Of a stretch of 64,000 nt of DNA, positions 31,581-41,670 are shown one piece after another; the stretch's first letter is position 1, and the number at the start of each line of letters is the position of its first letter. Where the stretch lies: the IMG/VR virus record IMGVR_UViG_3300003375_000024; one strand, given 5' to 3'. The stretch comes from an uncultured virus (IMG/VR IMGVR_UViG_3300003375_000024). Its lineage: Duplodnaviria > Heunggongvirae > Uroviricota > Caudoviricetes. Made by a program: the position numbers and the translations under genes. The notes under the pieces are model-generated. The model did no database searches. It was not told where the DNA came from and saw only the letters and a program-made list of their open reading frames with translations.

Positions 31581-32252
31581 ATGATTACACTAAGACCCGC
31601 TGATACTCGCGGTAATCCTAGAGCTCCATTTATCAACAGTTATCGTACTTTTAGCTTTCCCAGTTATTATGATAGTCGCTATATGAACTATAGCGATCTT
31701 CAAACTATTAACGATGACCGTGTACAGTATGCTTGGCAAGTGCCCTGGCATGAGCATAAGAACATGGAAATATTTGGCTATGTCGTAGAAGGATCAAGCC
31801 ATCATGTTGATAGTTTAGGTAATGACGTAGAAGTGCCAGCTGGTGCAGTACAACGTATGAGTGCAGGGTCAGGCATCAGTCACACAGAAGGCAATACTGC
31901 ATCAACACCCAACCGGTATCTACAGTTATGGATTCGCCCCGATCAATTAGATACTGAACCTACACACGATTGGTATCAGTTTACTCGTGAAGATAAACTA
32001 AACAAATTCTGTGACATTACAGCCAAGTTACCCATTAAACAAGATGCTAAATTATTAGCCGGAATATTTACTAATGAATATGAGTTAGCTCTTGATATTA
32101 GGCGACACTATTACATGTATATCGTTACTGGAAAAGCAAATATACAGGCGGTTAATGTAGTAGAAGGCGATGGGATTAGTTTTGAAAGAGAAGGTCTAAT
32201 AAAAATAGTCCCTGCAGCGGAAACTGAAATTATATTATTTGATCTACAATAA
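31581..32252 (+). CDS. Pirin family protein (YhhW-like)
   Basis: TFSFPSYYD, INDDRV, HxHxNMEI, H.DSLGN, MSAGSGISHTE.N and LQLWIRP. Confidence 0.9.
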   Translation: MITLRPADTRGNPRAPFINSYRTFSFPSYYDSRYMNYSDLQTINDDRVQYAWQVPWHEHKNMEIFGYVVEGSSHHVDSLGNDVEVPAGAVQRMSAGSGISHTEGNTASTPNRYLQLWIRPDQLDTEPTHDWYQFTREDKLNKFCDITAKLPIKQDAKLLAGIFTNEYELALDIRRHYYMYIVTGKANIQAVNVVEGDGISFEREGLIKIVPAAETEIILFDLQ

Positions 32253-32347
32253 CCAATAGATAGCAAATACTATAGGCAAAAACTCACACACTAGCATTAT
32301 AGCTAGTGTTGCGTAATCTTTTAATTTTGATACAGGATGTCTTCGTA

Positions 32348-33412
32348 TCATACTAATCCCTTTTGCTTTAACACATTAAGTGCCGACATGGCAATATTAG
32401 CCCACGAATACTTGCTTCGTATTACTTCGCTGTTCTTAATAGCTTGTGTACGTAGAGAATCATAGTTAGCATAAGCTAGTTTAATTCCTCTTGCTATCTC
32501 TTCAACTGTGGTTACTGCCCACTTACCATGATTACCATCAGGAGATGGATAAAACTCCTTAGTCTCGGGACAGTCAATAGGGCTAAGTGTATAGTCTAAC
32601 AACACACAGCTTGAACGAATGTCTTGTAGAAATTCTGTTTGTCCAGAATGAAATGTAGTTACCAGTGGTAGGCCTGTTGCTGCTGCTTCAATTAGAGGCA
32701 AGCCCCATCCTTCTGCTTTAGTAGGAAATAAGAATACATTTGCTGATCTATATAAGTTAGCCAGTTCTGTTTCTGATTGTAATCCCCATACTAAGTGTAT
32801 GTTATTAACTTTCATAGAAGCAATCTTGTATTCTAATGCTTGTTTCTTCTCTACCTGGTTCCTAAAATAATCTGATTTAATTACTAATTCAACATCAGGA
32901 TTGTTTCCATATGTCATTGCAAATGCTTCAATTGATTCATCTATGCTCTTACGTTGTTCATATTTGCCAATCAATAGAAATCTAAATTTTTGTGAAGGCG
33001 GTATCAAATATGGATGATATAAATTAGCATTGACTCCTTCATGTACTACAGTAATTTGATTGGCGTTTATGCCTTGTTCTACGGCAATCTTGCGACCCCA
33101 TTCAGATGGAATCCATAAGTTATGTAATCGCATAATAGAAAATATAGGATCGGGAATACGTGTAGATTCAAACACACACCAATTGATGTTATGTCCCTTA
33201 AAGAATCCATTTATATTAGCACAGACAAATGATATGTTGATGTCATTGGAACGGCTGGCTAGTACTGCTGCATTTACAGCATTGTGATCTGTATGATCCA
33301 CTAACTCTACCAGTGAGTTAACGCCTGCCATCCGTAATAAAGCATCAGTGAATCCGCCATAATGCGAACCAATACCGCTGTCATTTTTTTGGCCAATAAT
33401 GCGTATCTTCAT
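32348..33412 (-). CDS. Glycosyltransferase family 4 (GT-B)
   Basis: RK motif; FLFPTKAEGWGLPLIEAAATGLP. Confidence 0.88.
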   Translation of the reverse strand: MKIRIIGQKNDSGIGSHYGGFTDALLRMAGVNSLVELVDHTDHNAVNAAVLASRSNDINISFVCANINGFFKGHNINWCVFESTRIPDPIFSIMRLHNLWIPSEWGRKIAVEQGINANQITVVHEGVNANLYHPYLIPPSQKFRFLLIGKYEQRKSIDESIEAFAMTYGNNPDVELVIKSDYFRNQVEKKQALEYKIASMKVNNIHLVWGLQSETELANLYRSANVFLFPTKAEGWGLPLIEAAATGLPLVTTFHSGQTEFLQDIRSSCVLLDYTLSPIDCPETKEFYPSPDGNHGKWAVTTVEEIARGIKLAYANYDSLRTQAIKNSEVIRSKYSWANIAMSALNVLKQKGLV

Positions 33413-33840
33413 TTTGTAAAACTAAACAACTCACCTTGATGTGCTATACGAGCAAATTGTCTGGAGATATACTCATCAAAGTGTATCACTTCAAGCCCAC
33501 TTAATTTTGCCATATTCTTAACAATCTCAGCATCACTCTCAATAAACACACGATAGCCCTGTTCCCAGCAAATGCGGGATTTGTAAGCAGTAGGTGTTTC
33601 ATCTTGATCTGCTTTCATGATCAAACGATTTGGCTGTGTAGTTAATTGCTTAATCCATTTTTCTGTGATCGCTCTGTACTTTTCTGAACGTGCTGTGACA
33701 ATATCAAACACACCAGTGGGATTGAACATAGGCTTAGCATACAAGGTATACTCGTAAAACTGTTGGTGATTCAATCCCTTCATGTGACTGTAATCTGGTA
33801 CTAATACACCGTCTAAATCAAATGCTATATTACTAATCAT
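33409..33840 (-). CDS. HAD-superfamily phosphatase-like protein
   Basis: FDLDGVL, IVTARS, K and FIESD motifs. Confidence 0.7.
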   Translation of the reverse strand: MISNIAFDLDGVLVPDYSHMKGLNHQQFYEYTLYAKPMFNPTGVFDIVTARSEKYRAITEKWIKQLTTQPNRLIMKADQDETPTAYKSRICWEQGYRVFIESDAEIVKNMAKLSGLEVIHFDEYISRQFARIAHQGELFSFTK

Positions 33841-33843
33841 ATC

Positions 33844-34092
33844 TTATCTATTCCATTTTAATAAAAAAAATGCCATATCTTGTTCTTTTACAAAATAATA
33901 ACAATCTGTTCTTGTGTGATTATAACTCCAATTCCACACTCCTTCTTCTTCACCCCTAACACCAAACGTTTCTATACACCATGTGTATATAATATTTTCT
34001 GTCTTAGCCCGCCATCCTCCTTCTTTTACTTCGCTAGCCCAATAGCGATAAGGACTGTCTAAGTCTGCTACTTCACCTGTTATAAATCTCAT
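33844..34092 (-). CDS. Paralog-array member
   Basis: WCIETFG...FVKEQDMAFFLLKW. Confidence 0.75.
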   Translation of the reverse strand: MRFITGEVADLDSPYRYWASEVKEGGWRAKTENIIYTWCIETFGVRGEEEGVWNWSYNHTRTDCYYFVKEQDMAFFLLKWNR

Positions 34093-34352
34093 GACCACCT
34101 CAACACCCACCATGCGGCATCTGTTTCTGATTCAAATTCTAATTCTGTTACCCAATCATAATTGTTAAATGTTTTATATATTATCTTACTATTGTATTCT
34201 ATCTGCCACCATATTAGTGCCAAGGATTTTAAATCTTTATCGCTAAGAACATAATCGGCATCTGGATCATAGTATTTGTCAAATATAAATTTATCTGCCT
34301 TAAGAAATGCTTGTTCCAATGGCCCTTCATAAACATTCAACCGATAACTCAT
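34089..34352 (-). CDS. Paralog-array member
   Basis: FESETDAAWWVLRWS. Confidence 0.75.
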   Translation of the reverse strand: MSYRLNVYEGPLEQAFLKADKFIFDKYYDPDADYVLSDKDLKSLALIWWQIEYNSKIIYKTFNNYDWVTELEFESETDAAWWVLRWS

Positions 34353-34546
34353 ACCCACCTCAATGCAAAAAGTACAGCGTCTTGCTCTGACCCAAAGTAA
34401 TAACACAGAATATCATAACGAGTTATGAACATAGGATTCTCTCCACCACGAGGTGTCTCTATAGTTCGTTTTTCAAAACTAGGGCAATTTTTCATTGCCC
34501 ATGAAAAAGGTTCATTGCCAGCAATAGAAGGCAATTTGACTATCAT
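34349..34546 (-). CDS. Paralog-array member
   Basis: FGSEQDAVLFALRWV. Confidence 0.75.
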   Translation of the reverse strand: MIVKLPSIAGNEPFSWAMKNCPSFEKRTIETPRGGENPMFITRYDILCYYFGSEQDAVLFALRWV

Positions 34547-34887
34547 TATGCCCATCTAAGTAAAAAGAACTCGGCATCTGCTTCACTATGAAACATAACT
34601 CGTTCACTAAACATAAAATAACCATGATTAAATGTTTCTTTACACCATGCTTCAATTACATCTCTGCCTGCTTCCTTAGCTGTATCAGAAAAATTTAGAT
34701 TTATCCATTGTTTTCTATCAGGATCTATATCACATAGAACACTCCAGTCAATTTCATATTGAATATCTTGACTCATTAGATTCAAAACCTCGGTTTGAAT
34801 ATCAACTGTCCATTTAGCTGATAGTTTTCTTGATTTCGCCGTTATCTGTTGCTTTACTATTTTAATATCGTTATTGTTATTTGTCAT
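34546..34887 (-). CDS. Paralog-array member with N-terminal extension
   Basis: WCKETFN...FHSEADAEFFLLRWA. Confidence 0.75.
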   Translation of the reverse strand: MTNNNNDIKIVKQQITAKSRKLSAKWTVDIQTEVLNLMSQDIQYEIDWSVLCDIDPDRKQWINLNFSDTAKEAGRDVIEAWCKETFNHGYFMFSERVMFHSEADAEFFLLRWA

Positions 34888-35168
34888 TATTCTGTCCACT
34901 TTAATGCCATTACTATATACAGATCATTTGGTATAATATAACGGTATCTTAGTATTGTATACCTCAATGATTCTGTTTGTGTCCAGCCGCTGTGAGTTTT
35001 CTCAAGCCATCTGGCCACCTCTTCGTCAACGTCTACCTCAACATATCCAATGGGTACTGTTGATAGTTTACCGTTTGGAGTTTGAATAGAAAATCTAAAC
35101 TTTGGAAAAGTTTCTGCTCCGCCTTTATCTACTCCAGCTTGCCAAGTTATAGGGTGTGTAAGTTTCAT
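34887..35168 (-). CDS. Paralog-array member (divergent)
   Basis: LYIVMALKWTE. Confidence 0.65.
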   Translation of the reverse strand: MKLTHPITWQAGVDKGGAETFPKFRFSIQTPNGKLSTVPIGYVEVDVDEEVARWLEKTHSGWTQTESLRYTILRYRYIIPNDLYIVMALKWTE

Positions 35169-35401
35169 GCCCATTTCAACATAAAAAATAATTGTGTTTC
35201 TTCATCTACATGCTCATTTAATTCAATAACATAAATTATTTCATCTTTAACATCATCTGGATATGGAATACGAGTCCAAAAATGCCAGCCTTCTCCGCGA
35301 ATACTAGATCCTGGAACACTTATCTTTGGTCCTATATTTTCTATTACCCAATACACGCAATCTCTAGCACGATTAACGTCGGTAAATATTATTCTACTCA
35401 T
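35165..35401 (-). CDS. Paralog-array member
   Basis: WVIENIGP...DEETQLFFMLKWA. Confidence 0.72.
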   Translation of the reverse strand: MSRIIFTDVNRARDCVYWVIENIGPKISVPGSSIRGEGWHFWTRIPYPDDVKDEIIYVIELNEHVDEETQLFFMLKWA

Positions 35402-35402
35402 G

Positions 35403-36242
35403 CTAATCAATCGTCCATTCTAATATGGAATTACAATCATTTACTATACCCATAACTTTATCTCTATCTATCTCTTCATTGTCAACTGATATCAATTTTC
35501 CAAGACGTATATAGCCTAATGCCAACTTGGGATTGTCTATCGCATAAGGCCATGTAAGTTTACTGTTATAATAAAACTCTTTAAAATTATCTACACTTTG
35601 ATCGTGGAATCGTAGTGTATGAAACGCTGATATCTCATATTGTGGCACAATTTGTTCTGGTGGACATGCACGATCATTATTCAAACATAATTCTAGCGGA
35701 TGTCTGCCAACATGTGGATAATGTAATAACAAATCTCCCCAACATATTTCTGGACTAAACAAATGATAGTCTTCATCCAGTATAGTTTTTCTTTTACTTT
35801 TAGGGCATAGCAATAAACGAAGGCTATCTTTACCAGACACTTGTGCTTGATGAGCTTGCTCTATTCCATGTATAACATCGTTGTATCTACTAAGCTGTGC
35901 CTTTTTAATTAAATCGGTTTTATAAATTTGCTCTAACTCAGGGAAGTGAATATGTAGTTGATTAAGACTAACCTTGGGATTTTTATTATCCCACTTAGCA
36001 GTAATCTTTTTTGGAATCCATAAGTTTAGATTATCTATTAAACTATGAAGTTCATTAATCATTGAGTTTAGACCTTGCTTTCTTCCACGCCAGGGATCTA
36101 ATCCTTCTCTTAGCTCCGACACAGATAAAGACATCATCATATCAGCCCATACTTGCGCTGGCATATGCTGTTCTAATTCATATACAAACTGATACTCAGT
36201 TATATCATCCTTAAGATATATTGTATAATAGTTAATAGTCAT
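35403..36242 (-). CDS. Hypothetical protein (unrelated insert in the array)
   Basis: 279-aa ORF, LNQLHIHF..E motif. Confidence 0.65.
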   Translation of the reverse strand: MTINYYTIYLKDDITEYQFVYELEQHMPAQVWADMMMSLSVSELREGLDPWRGRKQGLNSMINELHSLIDNLNLWIPKKITAKWDNKNPKVSLNQLHIHFPELEQIYKTDLIKKAQLSRYNDVIHGIEQAHQAQVSGKDSLRLLLCPKSKRKTILDEDYHLFSPEICWGDLLLHYPHVGRHPLELCLNNDRACPPEQIVPQYEISAFHTLRFHDQSVDNFKEFYYNSKLTWPYAIDNPKLALGYIRLGKLISVDNEEIDRDKVMGIVNDCNSILEWTID

Positions 36243-36438
36243 GGCCCCATTTGATTCTAAATATTATAGCATCATACTCATTAATAAACTCCAAATATGG
36301 TGTAAAAACTTCACGAGGTAAACCAATTACACCTTGATTTTTCAACCAAGCATGAAACTCCGCTACAGTTCCGGGAGTATGTTGAATGTACCATGTGGTA
36401 GCGTTAGCCCAATACGGTTCAATAGGTAGTGTAATCAT
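36232..36438 (-). CDS. Paralog-array member
   Basis: FINEYDAIIFRIKWG. Confidence 0.75.
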   Translation of the reverse strand: MITLPIEPYWANATTWYIQHTPGTVAEFHAWLKNQGVIGLPREVFTPYLEFINEYDAIIFRIKWGHDY

Positions 36439-36650
36439 GAGTGTTTCAATAACCATAGGATAGATTCTGCTTCATCGGCAAATTTTAATTTTACTTGAGG
36501 CATATTATGTTCATCCATTTCCCAGTCTATTTCATAGTTTCCAGGTAGTAGTGATTTGAATAATTGAGACATGTCTGTTCGTGTGTGTTCATCAAATGGT
36601 TCAAACGCATATGTTTGTGTTACTATATTCACTGCTTCAGTAATATTCAA
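36435..36650 (-). CDS. Paralog-array member
   Basis: FADEAESILWLLKHS. Confidence 0.7.
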   Translation of the reverse strand: MNITEAVNIVTQTYAFEPFDEHTRTDMSQLFKSLLPGNYEIDWEMDEHNMPQVKLKFADEAESILWLLKHS

Positions 36651-36873
36651 GATGCCCCCATTTTAATTTAAACAACATGGCTTTCTTTTGATTTGTAAAT
36701 TGCCATACTATACTTTCTGTATTAGGTCTTTCACGCCAACCGTCGCGCACATATGGGCCGAATGTATCCTGACACCACCTAAACTGTCTTAAATAACCAG
36801 AATGACTAGTGTATTCAACTTCTACTTCATGCCGCCATCTTCTGCGATCTTGTCTACGCTGATGACTATTCAC
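36637..36873 (-). CDS. Paralog-array member
   Basis: WCQDTFGP...FTNQKKAMLFKLKWG. Confidence 0.75.
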   Translation of the reverse strand: MNSHQRRQDRRRWRHEVEVEYTSHSGYLRQFRWCQDTFGPYVRDGWRERPNTESIVWQFTNQKKAMLFKLKWGHLEYY

Positions 36874-37145
36874 AAAAACTTTAACCTAAACATAGTAGCT
36901 ACTCTTTCATCTGAAATATCAACAAAGTATGACGTATAAGTTACTTGTTGTCCCTGTGATCCTGTATCATATATCACATGCTTAAACCATTTCCACTCAT
37001 CTCCAGTGTATATGCTGTTATCTAGATCACAGTTGACTACCGGCCCTACATTTTGTTCAAACCAAGATATCATTTGGCTTTTAATACTTTGTTTTTCTTT
37101 ATGACGTAATGGAAAACCCACTTTTTTTGTTATGTCAATTATCAT
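36870..37145 (-). CDS. Paralog-array member
   Basis: WFEQNVGP...SDERVATMFRLKFL. Confidence 0.75.
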   Translation of the reverse strand: MIIDITKKVGFPLRHKEKQSIKSQMISWFEQNVGPVVNCDLDNSIYTGDEWKWFKHVIYDTGSQGQQVTYTSYFVDISDERVATMFRLKFL

Positions 37146-37369
37146 AACCACCTCAATCTAAACATGGTAGCATATTCTTCACGAGCAAAGTACCATGTAG
37201 CCAACCCATTGTTATAATAATATGTCCAGGGATATTCTTCTGATACTTGATCTCGAAACTCGGCTTTTGTTCCAAGCATCTCAACACACCAATGTTCTAT
37301 CTCCCCATCGGGCCAATACCTTACACCTTGTGGATCAAACGCCCAGGCCTCAACTTCTGCTGCTATCAT
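37142..37369 (-). CDS. Paralog-array member
   Basis: WCVEMLG...FAREEYATMFRLRWL. Confidence 0.75.
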   Translation of the reverse strand: MIAAEVEAWAFDPQGVRYWPDGEIEHWCVEMLGTKAEFRDQVSEEYPWTYYYNNGLATWYFAREEYATMFRLRWL

Positions 37370-37632
37370 GAGTTCTGCAACAACCAAAATGTTTGTTCTT
37401 CATCAGACGTAAATTTCAATTGAAGTGGTACGTAATATGTTCCGTCATCTGACATTACCTTTATTCTAGTGACCCCAATATCGTAACACATGGTAGGTGA
37501 ATCAATTCTGCGATTCCAATAGTCTTCGAATGGGCTGGTACAATCTTCGCTACTGATATCGGCACAATAGATGTCAAACATTTCACGTACCGAACGATAC
37601 TGATTTAAATCACCAATCCACATTGTTGTCAT
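37366..37632 (-). CDS. Paralog-array member (divergent)
   Basis: FTSDEEQTFWLLQNS. Confidence 0.65.
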   Translation of the reverse strand: MTTMWIGDLNQYRSVREMFDIYCADISSEDCTSPFEDYWNRRIDSPTMCYDIGVTRIKVMSDDGTYYVPLQLKFTSDEEQTFWLLQNS

Positions 37633-37925
37633 TTTGATAATAACTCCAGTAATTTTTTAGGTGTAATAATATCTGATACTTCTTTATCGCCGATTGGTAC
37701 TAACTGACTTTCTTCTATAATCCAATCTGACATTACTGTGCCTTTTTTTATAGACAATGTAATAAACTGTCTAAGACTTCCTATAGCAGGAAACTTTCTT
37801 CCTGTCTTAGACCAACCGCCATACCCAGGTGTACCAGTTCTATACAGTCCAGATGTTTTGCTACGAATTCTATAAAAAATTTCCATTTTTCTCAGTGTTA
37901 ATCGGGTAACCATTCTAACTGCCAT
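37629..37925 (-). CDS. Hypothetical protein (paralog of 45117-45401)
   Basis: YxIxxxxxGxYxxGTP...RKFxAIxxxRxFxT...WxIE shared with 45117-45401. Confidence 0.6.
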   Translation of the reverse strand: MAVRMVTRLTLRKMEIFYRIRSKTSGLYRTGTPGYGGWSKTGRKFPAIGSLRQFITLSIKKGTVMSDWIIEESQLVPIGDKEVSDIITPKKLLELLSK

Positions 37926-38701
37926 GGTCTCTTATGTAAATAGCCTCTACTTACATAATCTAAGTATTGTCTTTTATTAGTAATCTTTTCCATTATACGT
38001 TGTTGAAAACAATCATAGGATATATTACTTACATCTAAGTTTACTATAGACTCATATAATAAATCACTTAGTATTACTTGATTTGGAATAGCCAGGTGAT
38101 TTGTGCGAGCATCATACCTAACAAATTCCATTAGTGTTACGTCAAACAATTGATCAATCAATTCTGCTTCACTAACTTTAAATAATTCTATATCAGGCAT
38201 TAGAAAGTTTGGTGTAGCCACAGCTCTAGGTATATTAATAGTTGACTTGTACGCAGGAAGAACTATGAATGGATTGTCAGGCATACCCTGTGCTAGTGTT
38301 CTAACAAGCTGTACATAAGCTTCAAAATTTATATCTAGTAACTCACGATCAACATTGTTCATCCACCATTCAATATGATGCTGATTATCCCAGTACCAAG
38401 TATGTGATTTATCTATGTTCCTTGAACTATGAATATACAATGCCGCTGTCTTGGGTGCAACTGAATTTTGATGCGTAAAGTGTAACCTTCCCATATGCAT
38501 AGGAACATATACAACCACATCACCTGGCATAATTTTACCTGACCGAACATCAGATAGCAATTGTTTAATAGCATATTCTGTGCTGCTGCCGTCAAGTGCT
38601 TTGTTATCTAACTTCATGTCTAACTTAGCTGCCAGCATTTTAGTCCACGAAAATTCTGGACTGGCAGCATAGTTAACACCGTATATTCTTAATGTGTTCA
38701 T
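37898..38701 (-). CDS. Hypothetical protein, degenerate SGNH-like
   Basis: IYGVNYA...SW...LA..L....N.A..GSS, RTNHL. Confidence 0.55.
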   Translation of the reverse strand: MNTLRIYGVNYAASPEFSWTKMLAAKLDMKLDNKALDGSSTEYAIKQLLSDVRSGKIMPGDVVVYVPMHMGRLHFTHQNSVAPKTAALYIHSSRNIDKSHTWYWDNQHHIEWWMNNVDRELLDINFEAYVQLVRTLAQGMPDNPFIVLPAYKSTINIPRAVATPNFLMPDIELFKVSEAELIDQLFDVTLMEFVRYDARTNHLAIPNQVILSDLLYESIVNLDVSNISYDCFQQRIMEKITNKRQYLDYVSRGYLHKRPWQLEWLPD

Positions 38702-38952
38702 GACCACCTTAATGCGAACATAGTTGCTGCTGCACGGTCTCTAAAGTAAAATATACCATTATAACGATATGTTTTGTTATGGTGTCTATCATCCCAAAAG
38801 TGCTCCATATGTCCATGCCATGGTCGTTCTTTACTACCTTTGATAACACTAGGTCCAAAGTGGGCAATACACCATTTACGAATGGGTAAATATTCACTAT
38901 GTTTCTCAAATGGTTTTGTAATAACTTTCTGATAAAGTAGTTCTCTTGCCAT
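38698..38952 (-). CDS. Paralog-array member
   Basis: WCIAHFGP...FRDRAAATMFALRWS. Confidence 0.75.
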   Translation of the reverse strand: MARELLYQKVITKPFEKHSEYLPIRKWCIAHFGPSVIKGSKERPWHGHMEHFWDDRHHNKTYRYNGIFYFRDRAAATMFALRWS

Positions 38953-39024
38953 GATATCTTGATTAGTTAATAGTAGTTAATTATAGCACTAAATATTCTA
39001 TAATGTCAATTAAAAGGTATAATT

Positions 39025-39705
39025 ATGCTACTGAAAGGTAATATTTGTCCTGAGTATGGTGTAATAGATACAACTTCGTTAGTTAGTTTAATTGCTGACA
39101 TAGAGCACAGCGATATATGGAATCAGGGTGATCGTTCTAAGGTATATAAATTACATGTACACACACGTTCATTAAGTTTCATATGGACTCCTAATTTATA
39201 TAGCGAAGAAGTATTTTATGTATTCAACAATACTAAGTTATTAAACAGTCCTATTGGAATAGCTGTTCAAAAGTTATGCACTCAAGTAACTGAACTATGT
39301 AAGGGCACTATCATAAAAGCTGCGTTAGTAAGAATGTCACCAGGCGGCAGTATACCATTACACAGAGATGGGCCGCATGAATCGTGGACACAGGCACATA
39401 GATTACATTTACCCATTATTACGGAACCAGAGGTATTGTTTAAGTACGCTGACTGCTCGTATCACTTAAAAACTAATGTGTTAACGGAAGTTAACAATCA
39501 AGTGTTACATAGTGTTGTTCATTATGGAACTAAAGACAGATATCATCTTTTGCTTGATGTTCTGCCCTTAGACTATGATGGGTTTGATATAATTCCTCAT
39601 GATGACGAAGAATTATTCAATGCTCAACGACAACAAGAGGTAAAGGAATTACAACCTTATTCTCCTGACAACATGATAATACCGCCAAGAAGTCAAATTA
39701 ACTAG
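39025..39705 (+). CDS. Asp/Asn beta-hydroxylase-like 2OG-Fe(II) oxygenase
   Basis: PGGSIPLHRD, RLHLPIIT, NN...HSV and RYHLLLD; TAAATA upstream. Confidence 0.8.
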   Translation: MLLKGNICPEYGVIDTTSLVSLIADIEHSDIWNQGDRSKVYKLHVHTRSLSFIWTPNLYSEEVFYVFNNTKLLNSPIGIAVQKLCTQVTELCKGTIIKAALVRMSPGGSIPLHRDGPHESWTQAHRLHLPIITEPEVLFKYADCSYHLKTNVLTEVNNQVLHSVVHYGTKDRYHLLLDVLPLDYDGFDIIPHDDEELFNAQRQQEVKELQPYSPDNMIIPPRSQIN

Positions 39706-40153
39706 ACTGAAAGTTCCACAAATTACAATCTAAGCTACGAAACTTTTTAATAAAAGATTCTTCATCAATGCTATAGCTGGAAATTTCTTCATCATTAATC
39801 TTTAATACTGGGCTGTGTCTAGCATAAACTACAATACTGTTATTGCTATTAGACAACCAATCAATAATACGTACTCTATTATTTTCCCCTGCTTTGGATA
39901 AGCTACCTTTCCATCCGCCCATATGTTGACCTGCTCTCATACGTAAAGTGCGACCTGCTTTGCCTACATAAGCAATATCAACAAATTCATCATTGGTATA
40001 TTTGACCCAAAGATAAACTAATCCTGTCTTTTTAGCATGTTGCCCTTGTTTGATCCAATCATCATTGAATTGAAATTTAGGTAGCAGGGTATTCTCAGGT
40101 AAAATAATTTCTCCTGCTGGTATAAAATTGTACAGATTAATTAAGTTATGCAT
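39698..40153 (-). CDS. GIY-YIG-like nuclease
   Basis: GLVYLW...AYVGKA..L..R..QH...E. Confidence 0.6.
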   Translation of the reverse strand: MHNLINLYNFIPAGEIILPENTLLPKFQFNDDWIKQGQHAKKTGLVYLWVKYTNDEFVDIAYVGKAGRTLRMRAGQHMGGWKGSLSKAGENNRVRIIDWLSNSNNSIVVYARHSPVLKINDEEISSYSIDEESFIKKFRSLDCNLWNFQSS

Positions 40154-40154
40154 A

Positions 40155-40382
40155 TTATTTCCTACGCTTTTTCCATGTGTAATCTTCGCCCGTTGGCAAC
40201 TTGCCATCAACTACTGCATCTACACCCAGCTTGCCCACTTGATTCGGATTCTCTCCTACCATGGCAACATATGACATACCTATTGTACGCATATGATTGG
40301 CACGAGTCAGTGCTTCAACCATTTCTAAATAATCTTCACTTCTAGCGGCTCCATCTTCTGAAGTCCAATAAATTTTATACAT
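40155..40382 (-). CDS. Hypothetical phage protein
   Basis: ENPNQVGKLGVD.V.DGKLP.G..YTWKKRR. Confidence 0.65.
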   Translation of the reverse strand: MYKIYWTSEDGAARSEDYLEMVEALTRANHMRTIGMSYVAMVGENPNQVGKLGVDAVVDGKLPTGEDYTWKKRRK

Positions 40383-40388
40383 TTCTTC

Positions 40389-40694
40389 TCATTTATACAA
40401 TTTCAGTTGCCGAACAATTTCGGGCCACTCCTTTCTTGGAGCCAAAACAACTGCCACCTCTTCACCATTAAGAGCAGTTTCTGATACCACAACAACTTTC
40501 TCCAATTGTTTAAGTTGTTCAAATTCTTGATCAGTAACCTTACAAGTTACCTTTTTAAAACTATACAGCATCCAGTCTTGAAAGTCAACATCATCCATAT
40601 GCCATTTAAGGTAAGCTATTAAGCTGGCATGGCTTGCGCTGTTGATGGCAAAGCCAACTGGAATACTATCACGAATAGCAATATACATTTTCAT
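40389..40694 (-). CDS. Peptidyl-tRNA hydrolase, PTH2-like
   Basis: KMYIAIR..I..G......HAS, W....F.KVTCKV, VxAP...LKLY. Confidence 0.72.
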   Translation of the reverse strand: MKMYIAIRDSIPVGFAINSASHASLIAYLKWHMDDVDFQDWMLYSFKKVTCKVTDQEFEQLKQLEKVVVVSETALNGEEVAVVLAPRKEWPEIVRQLKLYK

Positions 40695-40936
40695 ATTGAC
40701 TTACTCTTTAGCTTAACCCACATAAATTCTGTCATGTTTACTTTTGCTGTGTTTAGATTTTCTAGTCTATGCTTAGTATATCTAATGCCGTCGTCATTCT
40801 GTACCCATACGCGGTCTGCTATGTAATAAATCCATCGTCGTTGAGTATTGATTTCTTCTGTTTTCCAAGTAACATATCTAGGTAGACCTGACTCCGTTGC
40901 TATCACATCACTTAATTCAAAATATAACTGCGACAT
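40691..40936 (-). CDS. Hypothetical protein
   Basis: ADRVW...EFMWVKLKS. Confidence 0.6.
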   Translation of the reverse strand: MSQLYFELSDVIATESGLPRYVTWKTEEINTQRRWIYYIADRVWVQNDDGIRYTKHRLENLNTAKVNMTEFMWVKLKSKSI

Positions 40937-40962
40937 ATTATTCCTTATTTGCGTATTTGTGT

Positions 40963-41238
40963 TTAGTCATGCCCACTCCACTTTAAGGCAAAAAATACAG
41001 CATCTTCTTCTCGCTTAAAATAAAAACAATTAGCTGAATACCCATAAGTTTCACCTTCAAAATGTTCACCACACCAGCTCCATCGTATGTACCATGTATT
41101 ATTAGTATCATCCATGGGTGATTTTACTCCATAGGGATATTTCTCTATCATTTCTTGCTCCATTCGCATCTCGGCCATAACCTTGTCGTGGTCCATTTGC
41201 CACCATTCGTGTTGATCTTGGTATTCTTGTTCTGTCAT
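40963..41238 (-). CDS. Paralog-array member
   Basis: WCGEHFE...FKREEDAVFFALKWS. Confidence 0.75.
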   Translation of the reverse strand: MTEQEYQDQHEWWQMDHDKVMAEMRMEQEMIEKYPYGVKSPMDDTNNTWYIRWSWCGEHFEGETYGYSANCFYFKREEDAVFFALKWSGHD

Positions 41239-41429
41239 TTCCATTTCAATATAAACATTGTAGCATCTTTTTCATGATTAAAGTAAACTTTTCCAGTAAC
41301 CATAACCCATCCATTCTCACGACCTGATTTTCCCCAAGTATCTATACACCAGGTAAAACAATCACCCCAACGGATATCACCTGTCGCAGGCGGCATATCT
41401 ACAGAATACCATTCATCCAGCGTTTTCAT
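41235..41429 (-). CDS. Paralog-array member
   Basis: WCIDTWG...FNHEKDATMFILKWK. Confidence 0.75.
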   Translation of the reverse strand: MKTLDEWYSVDMPPATGDIRWGDCFTWCIDTWGKSGRENGWVMVTGKVYFNHEKDATMFILKWK

Positions 41430-41668
41430 GTCCACCTCAATAAAAACATAGTTTCATCCGCCGGTGTATGGAATCTTATGTCTAAATGATAATTTTTATC
41501 TGTTGGATCTTTAGCCCACACAAGATCATAATTACCCGGCCAATGTTGCTGCATCTGATCCATACAATCACTTTTGATATCTTCTCCGGGATTGACGCTG
41601 GTCTTCAGAAGATATTTTTCAATAGCTCTGCTTTCCCATCCTCTTAAATTGTTTTCCCAGTGTTTCAT
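41426..41668 (-). CDS. Paralog-array member
   Basis: FHTPADETMFLLRWT. Confidence 0.75.
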   Translation of the reverse strand: MKHWENNLRGWESRAIEKYLLKTSVNPGEDIKSDCMDQMQQHWPGNYDLVWAKDPTDKNYHLDIRFHTPADETMFLLRWT

Positions 41669-41670
41669 TG

